Source: Macrostomum hystrix (taxonomy: Eukaryota; Animalia; Platyhelminthes). Taken from it: a DNA stretch of 64,000 bases. Positions 50,996-62,961 of the stretch are shown here, in pieces. The first letter of the stretch is position 1, and every line of letters starts with the position of its first letter. The stretch covers positions 5,890,001-5,954,000 of the forward strand of contig CATNEN010000038.1 in assembly GCA_950097015.1 (NCBI GenBank), written 5' to 3'. The notes beneath the pieces were generated by a model, which searched no databases, was not told the origin of the DNA, and worked only from the letters and a program-made list of their open reading frames with translations. Position numbers and translations under genes: made by a program.

Positions 50996-51665
50996 AGGAC
51001 TGGCTAATGCAGCTCCTGAGTCATGGGGTCATGAAATACTGGCTAATGCAGCCCCCGAGTCACGGGGTCATGGAGGGACTGGCTAATGCAGCCCCCGAGT
51101 CACGGGGTCATGGAGGGACAGGCTAATGCAGCCCCCGAGTCACGGGGTCATGGAAGGACTGGCTGATGTAGCACCTGAGTCATCGGCTCATGGAAGGACT
51201 GGCTGATGTAGCACCTGAGTCATGGGCTCATGGAAGGACTGGCTGGTGTTGAACCTGAGTTAATAAAGGACTGGCTGGTGTTGAACCTGAGTTGATAAAG
51301 GACTGGCTGATGTAGAACCTGAGTTGATAATGGACTGGCTAATGTAGAACCTGAGTTGATAAAGGACTAGCTGATGTGGAACCTGGGTTGATAAAGGACT
51401 GGCTGATGTAGAACCTGAGTTGATAAGGACTGGCTGGTGTAGAACCTGAGTTGATAAGGACTGGCTGGTGTAGAACCTGAGTTGATAAAGGACTGGCTGA
51501 TGTAGAACCTCAGTTGATAAGGACTGGCTGGTTTAGAACCTGAGTTGATAAAGGACTGGCTGATGTAGAACCTGAGTTGATAAGGACTGGCTGGTGTAGA
51601 ACCTGAGTTGATAAGGACTGGCTGGTGTAGAACCTGAGTTGATAAAGGACTGGCTGATGTTGAAC
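50996..51665. repeat. Minisatellite grading from a 40-bp to a 31-32-bp unit
   Basis: ggactggctaatgcagcccccgagtcacggggtcatggag changes to ggactggctgatgtagaacctgagttgataaa. Confidence 0.92.
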
Positions 51666-52753
51666 TAAAGACGTGTCCCGGGAGGATTGGGATCATGAAG
51701 CAAGAATTGAGAGTAATGGACCCGATGATGCAAAAGCGGAGGGAAGTAGAAAAAATGTTTGCATTTAGTAATGCAACCCTCCAGTTAGTCAATTTGGTCT
51801 TCTTAGAAATAAGCCACGAGACGTATTTGGCTGAGGCCTGAGCGCAGACTGATTGATGCCTGAAGCTACGGAACCTTCGAATATTGTCTGCAGGCTGTCA
51901 CCATGAATTAGGCCCAGTAGCGGCTGATGAATTCGACAATTTTAGCTGGCAGAAGGACTAACACACGCTTCAGTGTGCATGCACGCGCGTACTTTTATTG
52001 TAAAAAAACAAGCTCATTAAAAACTAGAATAATTAAAAGGTTGCATTTATAAATTCAAACTCTGGATAGAAATCAGTTGTTCGCTTTATGTTGCCCACCA
52101 AACTGGCTTTAAATTGATCCCATTGAGCTGTCGAAGCTGAAATCGTCTTGGGCAGGTAGACCGCAATAGGCCAACATGTTCCGCCAGTACAGGGCGGCAT
52201 TCTTTCAATTTTGGTCGCTTTTTCCCATGCGACATGATCGTACGATAGAGTGCATGCAGCAGCTCTTTTGATGTTCAAGAAGACTAAATTACAAGATCCT
52301 GGACACCCATCACTCGAGCTTTCATTTCCTAGAGCTTCTGTGTATCCTTTCTTATCTGAGGTATCTTCGCTCAATTACCTTTGAAACTTGCTTATTATCG
52401 ACGAAACTACTCGTAAAAGAAAGGTCGGCAGATTCTCTAGAGCCTCTCGGGTATCGTCTGAACAAAAATTTAAGGCGTGGTACAAGTTCGCATTTTAGTT
52501 CTCTGTCAGTGCTTTGAAATTAAAATAGCACCTCGTATTGAACGACCAATTCAAAAGTGAACTCATTCAATAATGAATAATAACGAACGACTAAAAATAC
52601 GAGGTTTAGCGCTGTTGGTCGTTCGGTTCGCCATTTTGAAACGTCGTTGGCATTGTCATCGCCACTGCTTTCAATCCAATTCTACTGGGTGTTCTTCCGT
52701 GGGTGGCAGCAATCAGGTTTCTTTTTGAAAGAGAGCCAGTCTCACAAGCTATC

Positions 52754-52895
52754 ACTTACACAAGTGTGTGCACCTGCCCTTGTGACTAAGGGCCTTCGAA
52801 ATTGACGAAAATTGCACAACAAGCCCTCTCTCCTGGCTGGGCACCAAATGAATGTTGCCTCTGAAGAATCGAACTCGGGGACCTTCGTGCGAGGC
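52754..52895 (-). mobile_element. tRNA-SINE family A, degenerate copy
   Basis: Minus strand: gcctcgcacgaaggtccccgagttcgattc...acattcatttgg...ggagagagggcttgttgtgcaattt...gggcaggtgcacacacttgtgtaag. Confidence 0.65.
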
Positions 52896-53550
52896 TCTTA
52901 TTCAGCTCTTAACCCGATTTCTGTGTTAATCAGAGCCAATAACACCATGCGGAATCCGCGCTACTTCAAGTAGCATCAGAAAGAATTATTTCCCCTTTTT
53001 AGTTTTATCTGTTCATAAAATAAGGCCAAAAAGTGAGAACGCAACAGGCAGATAGAATTCCTCCATGAGCTCAGCAGCAGAGCAGCAGCAACTGTAGGCA
53101 ACCCAAGATTACATTCCACAAATACTAGTCAATGCTTTTTGCACTTTATTGTCTCACTTGCACTTCCTACATAGCAATTTCAAGTCGTTCAATTGCGTTG
53201 CTAGGGCAAAAGCAAAAGCAAATTTATCAGTGAGTAACTAGGGACAGCTTTGACATAGTGAAATGATTACGTCAGAGTATAAAACATTTTACAACGTCAA
53301 TTTAGTAGAATATTCGTGCAATAGTGCATAGCATTGTTTACAATCAGGATATTGTTCGGCGAGTCCAGAATAACATAATGGGTGGCTAATGACACTAACA
53401 CAAGTGCGAAAAGCAAAGCTGCTAAAACAGACTCACATAAAACGTTGTTTTCGGACACCAAAGAATTATCTTCTCATAATTGCTTTGCTTTGAATTTCAC
53501 TTATAAAATCCAAGCACTTGACTGCTAGGCGTGGCGAATCCCACTTGTCT

Positions 53551-53673
53551 TTAAGAGACGAATGCCCGCACAAAATTGTCCACAGTCTGACCGCAGTTGA
53601 TGGCCGGACAGGTGCGGGCTGACCTGCTGCACTGCATGCATAGAGACAGGTGGCCGCAGGGCAGGCACACGAT
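53551..53673 (-). CDS. iap/birc-like: IAP (BIRC-like) exon 3, C-terminal RING half
   Basis: cccgcag|IVCLPCGHLSLCMQCSRSARTCPAINCGQTVDNFVRAFVS*; IAP-type RING ending with an aromatic tail. Not the frame shown in the ORF track. Confidence 0.85.
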   Translation of the reverse strand: MVCLPCGHLSLCMQCSRSARTCPAINCGQTVDNFVRAFVS

Positions 53674-53804
53674 CTGCGGGGGCAACGGCAAGGCGGGCAA
53701 ATAATTCTCACTCATGAGACAGAATTCAGAAATCTCACCGAGACAAAAATCTCACCTGTGAGATAAACTTAAACGCTTGAAATCTTAACTCTCAAAAAAA
53801 TCTG

Positions 53805-54830
53805 GCAGTTCAGAAATCTCACCCCATGAGATCAACACTTTAATAATCTCACCCTATGAGATCAACACTTTAATAATCTCACCCCATGAGATCAACACTT
53901 TAATAATCTCACCCTATGAGATCAACACTTTAATAATCTCACCCCACGAGATCAACACTTTAATAATCTCACCCCATGAGATCAACACTTTAATAATCTC
54001 ACCCCATGAGATCAACACTTTAATAATCTCACCCTATGAGATCAACACTTTAATAATCTCACCCCATGAGATCAACACTTTAATAATCTCACCCCATGAG
54101 ATCAACACTTTAATAATCTCACTCCATGAGATCAACAGTTTAGAAATCTCACCCCATGAGATCAACAGTTTAATAATCTCACCCTATGAGATCAACAGTT
54201 TAGAAATCTCACCCCATGAGATCAACAGTTTAGAAATCTCACCCCACGAGATCAACAGTTTAGAAATCTCACTCCATGAGATCAACAGTTTAGAAATCTC
54301 ACCCCATGAGATCAACAGTTTAATAATCTCACTCCATGAGATCAACAGTTTAATAATCTCACCCCATGAGATCAACAGTTTAGAAATCTCACCCCATGAG
54401 ATCAACAGTTTAATAATCTCACTCCATGAGACCAACAGTTTAATAATCTCACCCCATGAGATCAACAGTTTAGAAATCTCACCCCATGAGATCAACAGTT
54501 TAGAAATCTCACCCCACGAGATCAACAGTTTAGAAATCTCACCCCATGAGATCAACAGTTTAGAAATCTCACCCCATGAGATCAACAGTTTAGAAATCTC
54601 ACCCCACGAGATCAACAGTTTAGAAATCTCACCCCATGAGATCAACAGTTTAGAAATCTCACCCCACGAGATCAACAGTTTAGAAATCTCACCCCATGAG
54701 ATCAACAGTTTAGAAATCTCACCCCATGAGATCAACAGTTTAGAAATCTCACCCCACGAGATCAACAGTTTAGAAATCTCACCCCATGAGATCAGCAGTC
54801 CCGAAATTTAACCCTATCATCTCAGCACTT
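53805..54830. repeat. 30-bp minisatellite (accccatgagatcaacagtttagaaatctc)n, about 33 copies, in IAP intron 2
   Basis: Exact 30-bp phase across 60-bp lines. Confidence 0.97.
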
Positions 54831-55232
54831 AAAATGATTAAGTTTTAGACACGTCGTTTCTTAAGTACAGCAGACCGAAGACAGACTGGACTATCCAAAT
54901 GCAAGTGCACTGGGACTGTACGGGCTTAGAATAAATATTGCTTTAACCATCGCCCAGACAATCAACCAGTTATAGAGTTGGTACTAGTTATACAAAAAAC
55001 TTTCAAGACTTCGCTTTTCTGCCATTTATTTAAGACGACCCTGGGCATTGAGTGTACGTGGAACCTACCAAGCGCTTAATACGTCGCACTGCTAGCTTAT
55101 ATTGTTCGAATTTGGGTGCTGTGTGCTGTGTGGGAGAGCTGGTTCTCACAAATGCAACAATAATACTGATTAAAGAGAAACAGCTAGAGCATGCAAGCGT
55201 AATATAGAACCAGCTCAACTCTACCAACCTCA

Positions 55233-55998
55233 GTGGGGGTCGGTCGCAGAGCGGTTAACGCGTTGCCTCTCGTGCCAAAGTCCCTGATCTCGATTCCGCG
55301 GCGAGGCCACATTTATTTGGCGCGCAGCCGCGGAGAGAAGGCTTGGGGGCTTGTCGTGCAATTTACGCTCTTGAGAGCCAACCTCCAAGGCACAGTGAGA
55401 GAGAACACTGCCTGATGAGAAAGTCAGATCAGCAGTTTAGAAATCTCAACCCATGAGATCAACAGTTTAGAAATCTAACCCCATGAGATCAACAGTTTAG
55501 AAATCTAACCCCATGAGATCAACAGTTTAGAAATCTAACCCCATGAGATCAACAGTCCCGAAATTTAACCCTATCAACTCAGCACTTAAAATGATTAAAT
55601 TTTAATGCTCGACTGACAATCCGCGAGATCGCTGACCGGTTGGACACACCAAAGTCAACTGGCCCTTCGACCAAGGAGGAGTCCAAGGTGTGGACGATGA
55701 AAGGCTTTGACCCGCCCATCAAGGCTCGACGTGAGACCCATTCCCAGAAGGTGATGCTATTGCTCTTTTTCGACTGTCATGGGCCACTGACAATTGACTT
55801 CCTGGAGCCAAATGCCACTGTCAATTCGGACCGCTACATGTACACACCTTTGTGAACGTGTCCCTGCGTATGGTATCTGTATGCTTGTGTGCTCAGGATT
55901 CAGCGAAATGAGCTGAATTGCCTCCTCGCTAGCTGCAAGTCAAGCGTCACTAAATGATGTGCCATTGCCCGCAGCCCTCCTGCAATTATTAACATTAT
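55233..55998 (+). mobile_element. tRNA-SINE family A, full-length with 11-bp TSD, interrupted by a 0.41-kb insert
   Basis: TACCAACCTCA at 55222-55232 and 55999-56009; SINE 5' part ends at 55427 and the 3' part resumes at about 55838. Confidence 0.88.
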
Positions 55999-56005
55999 TA
56001 CCAAC

Positions 56006-56554
56006 CTCAACATCGCGAATGCTACACTGCCTGCAACGATTGCCTGTTCCACGGCCTGAACGATTACTCTGCTGCTGTTGCTGCTGTTGCTGCTGCTGTT
56101 GCTGCGGCTGGCCTTCCAACTGATCAGGCGGTCTGCCGCCCAGAATCCTATGAAATTCGCGCAAAGCAGATGCCAAATCTTGCTTGTCATCAAAGTGCGG
56201 CGGATCATTGGGATTATTGGCCATCTCGCGATCCCACTCCTTCTGCATCTCCACTACCAGCTCCTGGCGGGTGTACTTCTGTCTGAAACGAATAAACTTC
56301 CGCGCAATGCACAGTAGAACCTTGGTGCTGCTGAAGCCCAGGCGGCAAACTAGATCGATCTGGGGGCTGGTGAGCTCATCTCCCAGGATCTTCATGAGCT
56401 GATTGTGATCCTGTCTGGTGTACGAGGTGGGATAATTCGGCGGCCTCTCAGACAGAGCCCGCAGCCGTTCCATGCCACGCGAACTCTTCAAAAAGAAGCA
56501 TAGAGGACTGAATTTGACGTGCTCCTGCTCAGGATGATCGCCTTGGTCCCAGTC
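56006..56554 (-). CDS. iap/birc-like: IAP exon 2: BIR C-half, UBA-like, polyQ, RING N-half
   Basis: ccag|DWDQGDHPEQEHVKFSPLCFFL...IDLVCRLGFSSTKVLLCIARKF...Q12...RCRQCSIRDVE|gttggt. Confidence 0.85.
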
Positions 56555-56892
56555 CTGGCAATGGAATGAAGAAGGCGAGGCTATAACTCTTCAATTGCCA
56601 ACGAGGCAATAACCACCCAAGAGATAGGGCCAATGCTGGGCCTACATACAGTCAGATTCAGCCAAATTTGAACAAGCACAAATACACATATAGAACAGAC
56701 ACAGCTGGCTATTTTAATGTTCAACTTAGAGAGCCAAATCTATTGTTGGACTCTCACAGACGGGCGGTATATATTTAAGCTTGCCTTCTGACACAAAAAT
56801 TGGCCTGGCGTGTAACAGGGTCACAGTAACGGTTAGCTGCCTGTAACATTTTTGGTTGCCTTTTTACTTCACAATCATAAGAATACGAGGTA

Positions 56893-58482
56893 CGAGGGGT
56901 GTCCAAAAAGTCTTAGGACTTTTTCACATAACTTTTTTAACAGCTAGCAAGAGTAACAACAACAAATTTTTTATAGCGGCTTTATTTACAAATGACAGTT
57001 AAAGAATTTTGAAAATATCAATAACTGTTCAAAAGTTATGCCTCCTTAACTGCAGTGGGGTACTGCATCTCAATACATGAAAAGGAACTCGAACGAAACT
57101 ACAATTTTGAAATCTCACAGAAATGAACCAAATTTTAATTTTTGCGCAAAATCTTTAGTGTGATGACGTTTGCCACGTCATCACTTTCTATATCTATGGT
57201 AAAATGTTCATTTGCTTCTGCTTGTGTGGCACTATGAAACAGCCACTAAGGAGACTCATTTTGCGATGCAGAGCAAGCTGAAGCCTTTGTTGCCAAGTGC
57301 TTGCCAGAATTTTTTCTTGATCTGTGGATTCATGGATGTCCACTCAAAGACAGCACAGCATTGCTCGGCCTACACCCTCTGGCGTATGAGGTTGAATGGT
57401 GCTGAAATTCTGACACAGCTGAGCACAATTCATGGGCCTGAAGCAGTATCCAGGAGCCCAGTGTACCGCTGGATTGAAGAGTTTGAGCTGGGGCGTACGG
57501 ATGTGGCTGATTTGCCAAGATCTGGACGACCTCCAGCATCTGCTTCCAAAGCTCTGGGTGATCGAATCCTTGACCTTATTGAAACCGATGCTCGACTGAC
57601 AATCCGCGAGATCGCTGACCGGTTGGACACACCAAAGTCAACTGACCCTTCGACCAAGGAGGAGTCCAAGGTGTGGACGATGAAAGGTTCTGACCCGCCC
57701 ATCAATGCTCGACGTGAGACCCATTCCCAGAAGGTGATGCTGTTGCTCTTTTTCGACTGTCATGGGCCACTGACAATTGACTTCCTGGAGCCAAATGTCA
57801 CTGTCAATTCGGACCGCTACATTGATTCGCTAAAGAAGCTGAAGAAGGATATCCCAAACAAGCGGGAACTCCAGTGAAGCCAATGCTCCTTTATCATAAA
57901 AAAATGCTCGGCCCCACACGGCACAAAAGACACTCGAAGCAATAAAAAATGCAATTCAACCTCCTGCCTCAGCCACCGTATTCACCGGGCCTGGCACCAG
58001 CTGATTTCGCCATCTTCCCGAAGCTCAAGCAGCTTCTGAGGGGCAGAGTTCGTGCCAACAGTGACTATCTTGAGCAAGAAGTGCGACGGGTTTTTGTCCA
58101 CGAAATGCCAAGGCAGACATATGCAGATGCCATTGACGTCATGCTTACCTGGTGGAAGAAGTGCATCCAACTGAAGGGTGACTATGTTGAGGTCTCAGTT
58201 GCCACTTAGGACGACATTTGAACTTTTTTTAAAGACAGCTGACCTTCTGTTTCCTGTCGCTCCATATTCAGCCTCCGTGTTCTTGTTCATGTATTGAGAT
58301 GCAGTACACCACTGCAGTTAAGGAGGCATAACTTTTGAACAGTTCATATTTGATATTTTCAAAATTCTTTCACTGTGTCATTCGTAAATAAAGCGGCTAT
58401 AAATAAATTTGTTGTTGTTACTCTTGCTAGATGTTGAAAAGAGTTATGTGAAAAAGTCCTAAGACTTTTTGGACACCCCTCG
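56893..58482 (+). mobile_element. Mariner (DD34D) DNA transposon, defective, about 190-bp TIRs, in IAP intron 1
   Basis: TA|cgaggggtgtccaaaaagtc ... gactttttggacacccctcg. HTH VYRWIEEFELGRTDVADLPRSGRP; KVMLLLFFD; NARPHT...PYSPGLAPADF with 34-aa spacing. Internal deletion, stop and frameshift. Confidence 0.92.
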
Positions 58483-59080
58483 TGCATTGATAGATCTTGC
58501 AATTTACGCTGTTTTTCATTAATTATTAACAGTAGAAATACCACAATATTTTTTCCAGCAATTTAATCAATCAAAAATAGTTAACAATGATAGCCGATAT
58601 GAAATTTAGTGAGCAGAAATATTTTCTATACTGGTATATATGAGCATCGCTGAACATCTCGACGATGCCGATGTTTTGTAATTCTGGAAGTTGTTTGATT
58701 TGGAAAGAACTGAAAATTTTTAGCCCGTGTTCTGGATCTTCATTGATGAATATTTTGGGAGATCCAGAAAAAAAATAATTGCGGGTAATTGAAATACCCT
58801 GTGGTATTTCTAATTGGTAATGATTTATGAGCCAATAGAAAACAATAGAAACTTCCCTAACCTATCTGAGGGCTGCGCAGCTCTCAAAGGCTGCGATTGG
58901 CTGTTCACTCCACGGACTGAATATGGAGAGCGAGAAACCTACACTATATTCTCCCGACGTTTCGGCCAGAATTAATTAAAATATCCACTGTAAGTTTGAT
59001 GCTTTACTTTGGTAGCAATAAAAACAGGAGTAAACGTGATTTTCTTCGCTAGTTTTCTTCATCAACCAGCCCGTACTTAC

Positions 59081-59416
59081 CTTAAGGCCTAGATCGCAGA
59101 AGAAGCATTTCACATGGTCGTCCTCCATCAGGTAAAAGAAGCCGCTCTCAACCATGTCCTCTTTTGTCTGGCTCTTGCCCAGATAATCCCAGTTGCCGCG
59201 CACAAACGATTCCATGCGGGCGGCCCTGGTCACAAACTTCAGACTGCTGGGACTCGATGTCAGGTAAACAACGGCGGTGAGGGCCTCATAAACATCGAGT
59301 AGTCGAGTAGACTCAGCGAGAGGTCTCATTCGATTAAACAATATAGTAGAAATCTCGGCAGCTTTATCTTTTATTGCCTGCCTATGTGGCAGGTCTAGAT
59401 TAATGTCGCCACTCAT
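59081..59416 (-). CDS. iap/birc-like: IAP exon 1: N-terminus and BIR N-half
   Basis: ATG at 59416 with an in-frame upstream TGA; RMESF...W...MVESGFFYLMEDDHVKCFFCDLGLK|gtaagt joins in phase to DWDQGDHPEQEH...C, completing the CCHC BIR. Confidence 0.87.
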
Positions 59417-60189
59417 CACATGCACGGGCAGGCTTCAGCGGGCGACGGCCTGCAATGCCGGAGTGAGACCCTGCTGAATCATTACACCACCTCTCCTTTG
59501 TACTCCAGCTGAATCAAAATGGACCAAGGTCTTCCACTAAGGTCTTTAAGTTTAATTTTTTAATCAAAATGACACAATGGCTAATTCACAGCTGATGTCA
59601 AGCATGAGTGCTTATTTCAACACATCTCACTGTGCACTTATTTTCTATGCCAATAGGTCATCACTCATTTATTACTCATTATGAATCATGTATGATTATG
59701 TACAACTTCTCTGCAGGGCAGTCTGAAGACACAGCTTGGAGGCAAGCATCACCCATTCCACTATGATCATGCATGAATCGAGTACTCAGAATTGTGTGCT
59801 TGTAAGTAGGCTTTCAGAAAATCTAAAAAAACGCATATTGTCAAAACTAAACTGATAATAAACACATTCCAAGTCAGACAGTCAGAGTAGGTTAAATACA
59901 AGTATGACCAATTGAAATGCCATGAAATTTGTCATTGATTTAAAGCACATATTTTAGTTACAAAAAATCTTAATGACATGACTGTTTATATTGATAAAAG
60001 TTTTCTATCCATCAGTTGAATGTTATTGTCTCTAGTTTTATGTCACTAGTGTCTCACAGGAAAGAATATTAAGTTCATAAATTTTAAGTGAGTGATCCAA
60101 CAAACAGCGACATTAGAATCAAGATTAGCCTAAACTCAAAAACTCAAAAATAGTGCCTTGAAGTGAGGGGCCAGTTCTTGTTGAATAAA

Positions 60190-60326
60190 TTCATTGGGCG
60201 ACCAGAGCGAGGTTGATCACCAAGTTCTACCTGGCCAGCCTTGAAGCAGTCGATCCAGTTGCACACAGTACAGATGTGAGCAGCCGCTAGTGCTTCATGA
60301 ATCTTGGTGGGAGTCAGGTGATTCTT
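60190..60326 (-). pseudogene. Mariner transposase HTH relic (different, older element)
   Basis: KNHLTPTKIHEALAAAHICTVCNWIDCFKAGQVELGDQPRSGRP. Confidence 0.65.
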
Positions 60327-61016
60327 TCATAGTGTTAAAATTGCTGCTTGCTAGGCTTTAGCGCTATGAGCATCCATTAAAGATTTTGACGACAATGGGG
60401 TAGTTAAACTGTAGATGAGCTTTCTAGCATCACAGTCCTAACCTTTAGATGAAATTAATCTCAGATGGTTTGACAATCTTTTGGTAAAAAATGACAAGCT
60501 TTAGACTTCTCTGTTGCAGTGGGGTAGCAAAAATAGATAGCAATACCTGTGCGTAAGTATATCCCAATGTGTCTATGGCAAAAATGTACCTAGACAAAAA
60601 TGGATAATAGATGCGGAAAATGCTCACATTACAAAAATTTTGAGCTAAAGTAAATCTTTTTATAATAGTCTAAAACTGCACTCAAATCGAAACAGTATTG
60701 AGAGAGAGCTATGTTCAAAAGGGGAAAGGACTTTTCCCTTCATATAAATATAGACTGATTTCACTAGGGAAGACAGAACTGTTTCGAAGCCACAGTTCCA
60801 GAGCTAGGCCTATTGTGTTAAGGCCACAGTACCCAAACTATATTCAGTAGTTTGTATCAGCCCACCCAAAAAGGGGTGTGGAATAATGGTTGTGTAGGTC
60901 ATAGTGGGTGACTGGAAGTAATAAAGTAAGGAAGTTAGATTAGACATTTACATTATGAATTATTAAGAGGAAGATTTGAATGATCAGGAGAGTGCACTTG
61001 TGTATCACATTACAAT

Positions 61017-61310
61017 GTGCACCATACATGCGCAACACCCGGCCGACTCGGCCGAACCAGCCGGGTGAAACGAGGGCCAAGCAAGGTAAGTTGCAAAAAC
61101 CAATCGACTAAGCGCAAAAAAATCAAAGGGGGGACCAAGGGACAAAAAAGGAAGGCGTGAAGAAAAGGAAAAGGGGAGAGAAAAAGAGAGCAAATGAGAG
61201 CAAACTAAGTTGTAAATAGAGCAATGAAATGAACTAAGTCGCAAATGAGAGCAAAAACTAAGTCGCAAGGCCGGCTAAGATTTGGGAGGTTGCGCATGTA
61301 TGATGTGCAC
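61017..61310. mobile_element. MITE, about 294 bp
   Basis: TIRs gtgcaccatacatgcgcaac / gttgcgcatgtatgatgtgcac; flanks tacaat / tacaac. Confidence 0.7.
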
Positions 61311-62704
61311 TACAACATTAGTTTATTCATTTATTGATTCATTTTAGTTTAGATTATAGCTATTTCATGTATAGCTAAAATATAATAATAATAATGTCTT
61401 CAGCAAATAAGTTAAAACAAGAAAAGCAACTCATCTTATTTTATTATCTTTAAAAGATAATAACAAGGCCTAATTTGATTATGAATTAGTCAATAAAATT
61501 TAAAGACGGCCATTTAATTAAATTCTAAAACCTAGTTATAATAATAACATAATTAAGTCCTAACCATATGTTAACATACTGACACACATAACCTAAGGCT
61601 TCATTCGCTATGTTACGTGCATTTATAGTTTATAAATGCAAACTAATTTTTGCATGAGATAAGCTAAATGTTGAAATTTCGATGGATTGATTGACATCTT
61701 TGCTTAATATATGTGCTTCTGTATAGAATGGACCACAAAATCCTGCATCTTTAGAAAAAAGGATATTCTATAGCTTCAAATATTTCAGATCAGCCCACCC
61801 AAAAAGTAGTGTGGAATAATGGTTGTGTAGGTCATAGTGGTCTGCGATCGCATATCTGCGATTGCATATGCAACAATTAGTCTAGTTCATTTATGTTGAT
61901 CATATCGATCTGCTTCAGGTATACCTAGGTAAAAACAAATGTGAAACATGCGTATTATATATTTATATTCATTTATATTGTAACATGGACTACATATTAA
62001 TTTGCTCAAAAACCACAAATTGAATGTATATTTGCTTGAAAAAAGTAGACAAAAATTACACACAGCTTAGGGAATTGGAAAAATGGATAAAAGGAGCGCC
62101 TATCATTTTGACTGCAATGTGCCTTTAATTCATTCCACTCTATCTAAAAGAGCAAATCTGATTTAGAAAAAATATACAATAAATGTATATAAAAATTAAA
62201 ATGATGTAAAAAAGGACACCAACAGCTAAAAATGCATCACAGAATTGTGGCACATATAGTGGCTAAATATGGCAACATTGAACTGTAAAACAAACAAGCA
62301 ACTGTCTATGCAGGGGGCGAGGGGGGTCAGCGGCTAATGTCACTGCCTCGCACTCCAAAGAACGCTAGTTTGATTCACCCTTCAGGTCACGATTAATTTC
62401 GGTACTTGTTGGGGGGGTTTGGACAGTAGCGACCGGCGGAGCGGTGGGCCTAAGCAATTAAAGGCCTAAGTTGGCATAAGCCTAATGATAAAAATCCCCT
62501 AGTACAGTTTCAAAAAAAATAAGTATATTATGGTAGTGAACTTTCAGACAATGTCCTTTGTATCTAATATACATTCTATTAATAAAACTTGACTAGATCC
62601 TATTATATTAATATTGTCTACTTTGTTAGAAGAAATCCACAATGGCACAATTACTTTTTAGGCCTTATAGGGGGCCTATTATATTTTTTGTTCTAAATCA
62701 TATG

Positions 62705-62943
62705 TGTGGTGACTGCGTTTCGCTATCAGTGCAGAGTAGGGGATTGAGGGTGTAATTTTTCTCTCTCTCTCTCTCGCAATGTACTCGCACATGTGCGTAC
62801 TCTGGAGCGCGTGCACGCCCAGAGGTAGAGGCTGATTGGTCAGCCTGGTCAGGCTGAGAAATAAACTTATATTTATTTAGAGAGCTAGGCTTGGCCTGCT
62901 CTGAAAGGCTTCTCTCTCTGCAAGCCACGCTGACTTTATTACA
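62705..62943 (+). mobile_element. 5' LTR of a Ty3/Gypsy element (left edge 62705 or 62751)
   Basis: TG...ttattaCA, internal AATAAA, immediately followed by a PBS. Confidence 0.65.
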
Positions 62944-62944
62944 G

Positions 62945-62955
62945 TGGCAACGAGG
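62945..62955 (+). promoter_or_regulatory. Primer-binding site, tRNA-Ser(GCU)-like
   Basis: tggcaacgagg, one mismatch from TGGCGACGAGG, the complement of the tRNA-Ser(GCU) 3' end. Confidence 0.65.
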
Positions 62956-62961
62956 TAACTA

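Noticed and set aside
22758-54765. Tandem arrays as CRISPR arrays or repeat proteins
   Set aside because: Head-to-tail units without unique spacers, no cas genes, eukaryotic context; the associated ORFs are repeat translations.
55940-56005. ORF tail VGNNVNNCRRAAGNGTSFSDA as true coding sequence
   Set aside because: It is read-through into the antisense SINE; splicing at 56006 to 53673 completes a proper RING.
58950-58970. Minus-strand GGCCGAAACGTC, like the 3' half of a Penelope-type minimal hammerhead
   Set aside because: No CTGANGA upstream and no helix I partner; at most a relic.
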